From assembly GCA_964255285.1 (NCBI GenBank), contig CAXUUL010000090.1:1-33844 (forward strand): a DNA stretch of 33,844 nt. The letters are read 5' to 3'. The notes beneath the pieces were generated by a model. The model did no database searches, was not told the DNA's origin, and saw nothing but the letters and a program-made list of their open reading frames with translations. The position numbers and the translations under genes were made by a program. This DNA is from Ionaspis alba (lineage: Eukaryota). Below are positions 26,748-33,844 of the stretch, piece by piece. The first letter of the stretch is position 1. Each line of letters begins with the position of its first letter.

Positions 26748-28560
26748 TCACTTCTCTTTGGCCATTGCGATCATGGTCTTCAACCTCACACCACTCGCCT
26801 TCAAAGCTTCCCTATCACCTACTCCTCCCTCTTGTCCCGCCTCCCCCTTTCTGCCCCCAACTTTCTTCCCCTTCTCCTCTCTTCCTTTTATCCCCTTCTC
26901 CGCAAGCTCTATCAGGCCTTGCCACCAGTCTAGCCCCACAAACCTATCGTACAACCGTACCAACGCTTCCACACAAATCGCTAACCTGGCGTTGTCCCCA
27001 ACCGATCTCGTGTTTGCCGCCCATGGTAGATAGCACGCTTCCAGTACTTCCTGGCTCAAATCGTCAGCTACAGGCGGCGGTGCGGCAGATTCGACGAGAC
27101 NNNNNNNNNNNNNNNNNNNNNNNNNNNNNNNNNNNNNNNNNNNNNNNNNNNNNNNNNNNNNNNNNNNNNNNNNNNNNNNNNNNNNNNNNNNNNNNNNNNN
27201 ACTTCCTGGCTCAAATCGTCAGCTACAGGCGGCGGTGCGGCAGATTCGACGAGACTGCGTGCTATATACTGGGTCAGGGAAGATGCCGCGGCGGGAGTGA
27301 AGCGTGCCAGTGATGGTAAGGAAAGGAAAAGGGAGAAGGTAGGAAGTGGAAAAGGTCGGATATGTGTGATGTAGAGGTCGTAGAGGGTAAGTAGTGGAGG
27401 AGCATGCGCCGGTAGGGTGATGGCAACACTGGCGAGGAGTGCGAGGAGGCGAAGGCGAAGAGTGACAGCTTCGTGGCCGCCTAACAGCAGAGAACCGTCC
27501 CTAGCGGTTGTCAAATCATCAAAAGCTTGGCAGTCGAGAGTATCATGATCGGTGAACGCTTCCTCTTCGAGATCCGAGGAAGAGGAGAAGTAGTCGCCGT
27601 AGTCGTCTTCTTCGATAGAGATCTCGGCCGTGGGCTTCTTGACTGCTGCAGAATCGGCGGTATTCCTCCGTTCGCGAGTCTCGTTCTTCCATATTTCCTT
27701 GAATTCAGCCGTAGAGCGTGAGGATCCATCAGCGAATATGGCACGCACGACTCGCTTCTCAATACTGCCAGCAAGTCCTTCCGGATTGAGATATCTGATT
27801 ATCAGACTTTCCTCGCGCTCTTCGTCAGATCGGACTTCCCAGTCGTCCTCTAAAACGCCGATCGTGTAGTTCAACCAGAGCTCGTATCTCTCCCATCGCT
27901 TTTTGTGCACTACACTGCAATTGAAAGCCCATCCCACGACATGCCAAAAATCATTCGCTTGGACCCATAAACCTTCACTGCCCGCCATCTCCGTGTGGAT
28001 CGTCTCATCATCTTCTTTAGAAGGGCTCTCGCTGCCTCCTGTTCGTCGTCTGGCTCCCCCGCTGCGTCGACCGGTGGTAATAGACGGCGTGTAAATATAT
28101 GCAGCGGATATATTTGAATTCAAGGGCCCGACTGTTTTGTGAAGTAGACGGAGATATTTCAGAGCAAGATTTGCAGCAACTAGTAGATCTGGCGACTTTG
28201 CTCGAGTGGTAAGGGAGGGGTGGAGACATAGTGTGCAAATGAGAGCTAGATGGGAGGGCGGAGGGACGAAGGCGGGTTTGAGAGAGACGGTTGAGGAGCC
28301 AGAGGTAAGGAGGGTAAGCAAAAGCGTTAGAGCCTGGGTGTCTGTAATAAATCAGAATGATATATGGAGGAGCACAGAGGACTAGAACAGACATAGAGAC
28401 TCTTCGAAGTATATGATACAGTGCTCTCGAAGTTCATAAGGTAGAGCTTTTATAGGACGATATCTTGAAGTCGGTGTGCGTGGAGTCGTAGTGCCAGAGC
28501 TGAAGGGGGATGGCTGCATCTCGGATATTGTGGCATAGGATTGTGGAGAACTCATCATCT
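26748..28560 (-). CDS. Uncharacterised, probably alpha-helical fungal protein; start unresolved
   Basis: ORFs 27068..28321 and 26748..27059 fuse in frame once the duplicated 55 nt flanking gap 27101-27200 are collapsed (..DDLSQEVLEACYLP..). Intron 28342-28392 adds upstream LPYELREHCIIYFEESLY. Protein-like motifs include PPPSHLAL..HP and DFWHVVGWAFNCS. No in-frame ATG was found. Confidence 0.75.
27046..27255. other. Assembly gap flanked by an exact 55-nt duplication (false gap)
   Basis: 27046-27100 is identical to 27201-27255. Collapsing them restores one reading frame. Confidence 0.92.
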
Positions 28561-28891
28561 GGAAGCAAAGGCAAATGGCTTTGAGGGAAAAGATGCCTGA
28601 TGTCGGAATGTATTACAAGGCAATGAAATACACGAAGAAGACGCGTCTAAATGGGAAGACACGTTTCCGGCATCCTAGGTATATCCTGCCCCTTTGTCAT
28701 ATCGCTTGGCTGTATTTCTTCAGTACTGTCGATTAGTAGCAGATTCGGAAAGGTGCTCCATACCATAGCTGCACAGTCTGGCGTGACTCAGATACATGCT
28801 TAAGGTCAACTTCGGAAACCGATATGTTCTGAAGTGACAGGTATCAGATTACGCTTTATATATTAAGATAGCGAATCTGCCAATTATTCTT

Positions 28892-28998
28892 GGTGACATG
28901 GTGTAATGGTAGCACGTAACGTTGTGGTACAACGTCAGATATAAATCTGATCCCACTACGAGCCCGTTCCGATCCCGGTTCGATTCCGGGTGTCGCCA
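28892..28998 (+). tRNA. tRNA-His(GTG) with 36-nt intron (28928-28963)
   Basis: Acceptor stem GGTGACA/TGTCGCC, D-arm with A box TGGTGTAATGG, anticodon GTG at 28924-28926 and T-arm CCCGG-TTCGATT-CCGGG. Discriminator A, and Pol III terminator T7 at 29003-29009. Confidence 0.93.
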
Positions 28999-29461
28999 CA
29001 TCTTTTTTTGACTTCCTTGTTTGCTTATTACATTGGTTTGATCAAAGAGAAGTCTATCTACACTTTGATGGATCGAAATGTGGGGATACTTCAGATGGTT
29101 GGGTGAAGTCGGGTCGCGCATGATCAGATCCATGAGTCCCGACTGCTGGGGTTCGACCCATGAGACATATCGATCGAGCCTGTGAAAGTTTCAAATCTAT
29201 TGAGTTGATTGTACGTGAAAATAGGATCCGAATGAATTGCAGACGAGCGTAGTATCATGGCTCGAATTCCTAGTATGACCAGGGACCAAATTTCTATAGC
29301 CCATTCATTCTATGGACTACATTTGAAAGACTCTCGGCTCCAACTTCAAGCTTTTATCCTTTGCCCGATAGTAAATGCGCTGGTCTTCTATCAAATTACC
29401 TGATTTGAACATCCAGAACTCTAGTTCAGAGACCTCGAGCTCTTTCTCTCCGATCAGGGTT

Positions 29462-31844
29462 TCAAGCGTACTTTCCGCCCTCGCTTTCAACATCTCCATT
29501 ACCTGCGTACTCCACCCTTCTAGCCTTCATTACTTTCTCTCCGACACTGCTTGCCCTTCTGACTCTGATAGCGTGCTCCTCAGTATCTTCATATCTAACC
29601 AATAGCTCACCATTCTTGCCATAACGCCTGGGTTCCTCGCGAGCGACCTTGACTACGTTGAAGACGGATGTAGTCTTGCGGAAAATGACATCCATTTCTT
29701 CGAGAGAGCGGTAGGCCGTTTCGGGGTAGAAGAAGTAGACAACCGGAAAGATGAATGCATTTCTGTAGCGTAGTTAGTGGGAGTGTGAGCCAGTGATTTG
29801 AGATATTAGAACGACAATTAAAGTCGGAGATGGCTTTATACACTGAACGAGATGAGGAGCTGGGAGAGGATTGAATGGAAGAGAGAACATCACTAGGACT
29901 GTGGAAAGCTATGAAAAGGATTGCTTCATACATGACGGCAAAAATAATGTAAGTCTGGTAGCCGATACTGGCAAAGGCAATAGGGGTGATCATTACAACC
30001 TGCGTTGTGTCCTATTAGCCCGTATATGTCGTGCGGACAGACCTTGTGCTTATACCATGAAATTAAACGCCCAGTTAGCACTCGTGCTCAACGCATTGGC
30101 TGGGGCCCGAATCTTAAGTGGAACAATTTCTGTCACTTTGTCAGCCGCTTGTGTGGAGTGCTAAGTGACCTGCAAAGTAACTAGCCTGCGGGATACAACC
30201 CTTAACTCTACATTAGCAAGATCTTCTGCGGACATCGACACAGCGAGGGTCTTACAGGTCATTCCCAACCATCCGATCGCAAAGAAAGTATTGAAGATGA
30301 ACAGAAACAATGCGGCAACAATGCCTGGTCCTTTGCCTCCAACCTTAGTCATGATGGTCAACATGATCATAGAGAAGCTCATGCCTACAGATCAAATCAG
30401 TGGAAGTGATGCAACGCAACTCTCTGTTGTCTTACCGGCAGCTCCAAAGAGCATCAATTGACGTCTACCAAATCTCTCGATTGTGAAGACGGCTATCCAA
30501 GAGGCTAAGAAGTATTCCGTGCCATTGCCGGCCGCCAATATCCGAGCCACGGATGGATCAAGACCAATTTCGTTCTGGTAGATCGTCGCAGCATCTACAG
30601 GACCATTAGCAGTGGTCAAGAACGAAAGACATGGGTGAACAAACAATATGTGATCAAATTGATGCCCGATATCTGCTGGAATACTTGATTGACGTAGGCC
30701 AGAACCGTCCGGTGTAAATGGCGGTCCTCCATAGTGAAAAGATCCTTGAACCCTCCCTGCTTCATCTCAAGCACAGTGTCCTTAATAGCCTGGAACTCGC
30801 TCTGAATATAAGAATCATCTCCAGGGAGCCCACTTAATGCACCGAGAACGTTGATAGCCTCGTCCTCTTTGCCCTTGAGAATGAGCCATCGCGGAGACTC
30901 GGGAAGTTCCATGACGAACACGAGAATTATGAGGGCGAAGAAGATCTGGAAGGCGATGGGGAAGCGCCAGGCTATAGAGCTAGGTTCTAGGTAGTAAAAG
31001 CCATAGTCCAGCCAGTAACTGAAGCAGATACCGCCGGTGATCAAGGCCTGGATTGCGTGAGCGAGACACTTAGGGTTCAATGGGGAAACCTCAGCGTCAA
31101 GACCTACCCCTTCGATCATGACCAGCATTCCCCGACGGTGGGACTTAGAACACTCTGATTGCCATGTAGGGACGGTCGACGTGTTCAAGCCATTTCCAAA
31201 TCCCGTGATGACTCGAGCTGCCACGAATTGGGCTAACGAGAATGACGAGCACATTATTGTTGCACCTGAACGACGTAAGCTATCCGGGTGACTTTCGATG
31301 AGGTCTCACAGGTTGGCCGTAGTTACCTATGACCATAATAGAGCTTCCGAGAAAAATAGTCTTGCGACGTCCAAGTCTATCACCGATCCAGATGGTTGAT
31401 ATGGCGCCACAAAAACAGCCCACATTGTACGCTGCCACGGCAATGCCTGGACAATATTCAGCATTTGGCACCCTCTCGTCATCCACCGATGCAGCAATAC
31501 CTTGAATCACACTGCGATGGGTCTTTTGCGCTTGAGTGACAAGACCGTCTCTACTCAGTCCTGCATCGGTTGTATCAATCTCAGGGAACTGTCTGGTCTG
31601 TTGGATCAAGATGGTCAGAGATGGGATTGCGGCGCTAGAATCATGCAATGCGTACAAAAGAACCCAGCGTGAGGAGGCCGCCCATGACTCCTTGGTCATA
31701 TCCAAAGAGACTGTAATCGATGCTCAGCGATCATGCTCTGCAAAGTCGTGCTCTTCTCTTAGCATCTTCGTAAACATACAGAAAATCCATCCCCGCAATG
31801 ACTCCCACAGCAATTTGAAGTTGCACGCCCGTGAGGCCGAAATA
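29462..31844 (-). CDS. MFS sugar porter, STL1-like (glycerol/polyol-H+ symporter family); start lies in gap
   Basis: LFGYDQGVMGG, GDRLGRR, PESPRWL, QQISGINLITYY, ERFGRR, WLYPAEIVPL and YPETAYRSLEEMD. Eleven introns: 31711-31779, 31598-31655, 31447-31500, 31266-31326, 31048-31107, 30595-30644, 30385-30435, 30201-30255, 30131-30185 (GC-AG), 30000-30055 and 29763-29931. Confidence 0.92.
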
Positions 31845-31944
31845 NNNNNNNNNNNNNNNNNNNNNNNNNNNNNNNNNNNNNNNNNNNNNNNNNNNNNNNN
31901 NNNNNNNNNNNNNNNNNNNNNNNNNNNNNNNNNNNNNNNNNNNN

Positions 31945-33844
31945 CATCCCGTCTCCTGCGCTTTCCCCAGCATTCCAGTCGCCGGTTGCCTCGACAGCTA
32001 TCTCGCCAGGTTCTCCACCATAAGCTCCAGCAAAACTATCGTCCCCAGCTCCACAACTCTCTGGAATCGCATCAACTGGCTGCTTGCAGCGAACTTTCGT
32101 GTGACCCACTACAATTCTCGTTAGCAGGGCTGGGCCAGCGCAGGTAATAGAACTACTCACTCTCGCCACAATTCTGGCACTTGACTTTCGAGTAGTCCCG
32201 TGGCTTTGGACACTCCTTGGAGAAATGGCCGACTATGAAGATGTCAGCCATTGTCATGTAGGGCAGCAATAAGTTGAGAGATCCTACCTTCATCGCAATT
32301 GCGGCATGTGACTGTAGCAGGATTACGAGGCTGATCACAATCTTTCGAGATGTGGCCTTCTTGACTGGATGCAGGTGGTCAGCACAAAGCACAGAAATAG
32401 CCTTCTTCCTCCTATAAGTATCACTCACCCACAATTGCGACACCCAGACGGACCCTTCGTAGGACAGTCTTTGGCAAAATGCCCAACTTTGCGCCAATTA
32501 GTATTCTTTGCTAACAGTATCTGATTGTTTCTCATACTCTCGTTGCAGTGTTTGCATTCTACTCCTTCTGCAGAGCGTGGCTCGGTGCAATCCGCCGCAG
32601 CATGACCGGATTGCCTATCACGTTAAACTGAACGGCTTCTGTCTATGGCAGATCTTAGTACTCACTTGCAGTTACGACAGGCAAAACGGTCCTTTCGAGG
32701 CTCTTTGCAGTCACGAGCGCGATGGCCCGTTCCCTCGCAATTAACACACTTCACGCTCGCATGTTCCTTTTCGATCTTCTCCTCAGTACACGACTTGGCG
32801 GTGTGGCCGAGTTCTAGCTGCGTCAGCTCTCGATAATAGCTTTCCTGAAGACGGAAAATTCATACGATTACAATTGTTGCACTTGGGAATGCCACGCTCA
32901 ACTGAGATACCAGCATCCTTCAGGCGCTCAAGGTTCTCCTCCGGGCTCGAAGGCCATCCTTCCTTGGACTTTCCGCGTTTCGGATTGGTCGTGAAGGCAT
33001 ATTGGACCTGATACTTGCGATCCAGCTTGCCTTGAAGGTCCATCAAGGTGTAAGTATCAGTAACATCCTTCTCCTACGAATCCATGCCTCATTAGCACGT
33101 CTCCTTCTGTCACCGAAGGCAATTAAAGACTCACATATGCGATGAGGTGAGTATTGAAACCGAAATGGCGGAAAGAACGTTCAAGTTGATCGTATGTCGT
33201 TTCAGGTACTGCCTTTGTATATACCTTGATAGCCTTGGATAACTAGTTAGTCGAAGGTATAATTACATGATGGGGAGGCTAGACGAACCGCACGGAAATC
33301 GTCGAGGTCCTTAGCTGCGTCGGCGTCCTCGAGAGCTTTCCAAGCCATGTCGGGTGCCATATCTTCTACGCCGGAGTTGTCGACAAGACGGTCATCCTTG
33401 CACTCAGTAACCTTGTGGCCTGAAGTAGGAAGAAAGTCAGTCTACAAGGAACGTGTACGGAACTACCTCATAGATCATCTAACCTTCCTTTCTGCAATTC
33501 TTGCACACTTCTGCCGGTTTATCAGGGCATTCTGCTGCAGGATGCCCTTCCTTGTTGCAGACACGACAAATTCCTGTGAACACACGCGGGTTGGGGCATT
33601 CGGCTTTGGAGTGACTCGGAAAGATCAGGAAAACTCAGGTAGTGGGAGTGATGAACGTACCCGTCCTGGCCACAATTGAAGCACGCTCCGCCTCCTTTGC
33701 GAGGCTCTGGACATTCGCGAGCGAAGTGGCCAGCGCCACCACAGCTAATAAATCTGTGAGCTAGATACTCCTCCCTGACAGCGAGTGCACTCACTTGCGG
33801 CAGGCACCATCTGCAGCTCCACCACCAATAGCATCGAAGTCTCC
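31945..33844 (-). CDS. Multi-CCHC zinc-knuckle nucleic-acid-binding protein (CnjB-like); 5' end outside the window, stop in the gap
   Basis: Many CX2CX4HX4C knuckles (CGGAGHFAREC, CFNCGQDGHSKAEC, CRNCDEVGHFSKEC, CQNCGEMGHTKVRC) flank a non-knuckle domain (DLDDFR..YDQLERSFR..DLQGKLDRKY). Ten introns: 33745-33794, 33615-33660, 33420-33483, 33234-33288, 33074-33134, 32814-32865, 32615-32665, 32487-32537, 32365-32428 and 32233-32287, plus an eleventh at 32109-32160. Confidence 0.9.

Noticed and set aside
29100..29170. B-box-like GGTTCGACCC and hairpin GTCGGG/CCCGAC downstream of the tRNA
   Set aside because: No cloverleaf, proper T-arm geometry, A box or terminator could be built, so a second tRNA or SINE is unsupported.
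29763..29931. Unusually long (169 nt) transporter intron as a possible snoRNA host
   Set aside because: No convincing C/D box pair or H/ACA hairpin arrangement was found.

Overview
Eukaryotic, intron-rich genomic DNA from a filamentous ascomycete. Pezizomycotina is inferred from short introns with CTRAY branch points; Eurotiomycetes is inferred from gene content. It is a draft scaffold with four 100-N gaps. Contents from left to right: an AT-rich, RIP-like end; a Cys-rich single-pass membrane protein (-); a PRISE-type SDR reductase (-); a C2/RasGAP protein (-); CCR4-NOT Not3/5 (-); D-aminoacyl-tRNA deacylase (+); an Ace2/Swi5-like C2H2 factor (-); the ubiquitin-S27a fusion (+); a GH18 chitinase (-); about 2.5 kb of non-coding DNA; centractin Arp1 (+); a GRGGAGN-repeat protein (+); an uncharacterised helical protein (-); an intron-containing tRNA-His(GTG); an STL1-like sugar porter (-); and a multi-CCHC zinc-knuckle protein (-, truncated). 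Exon structures were reconstructed by hand from splice signals and reading frame. The most interesting signals are (1) a candidate telomerase RNA on the - strand between the chitinase and ARP1, (2) a GUG codon in an ideal start context that would add a hydrophobic leader to an otherwise leaderless chitinase, and (3) in-frame alternative 5' splice sites at the Gly-Pro chirality motif of DTD. All three are hypotheses; no searches were run.
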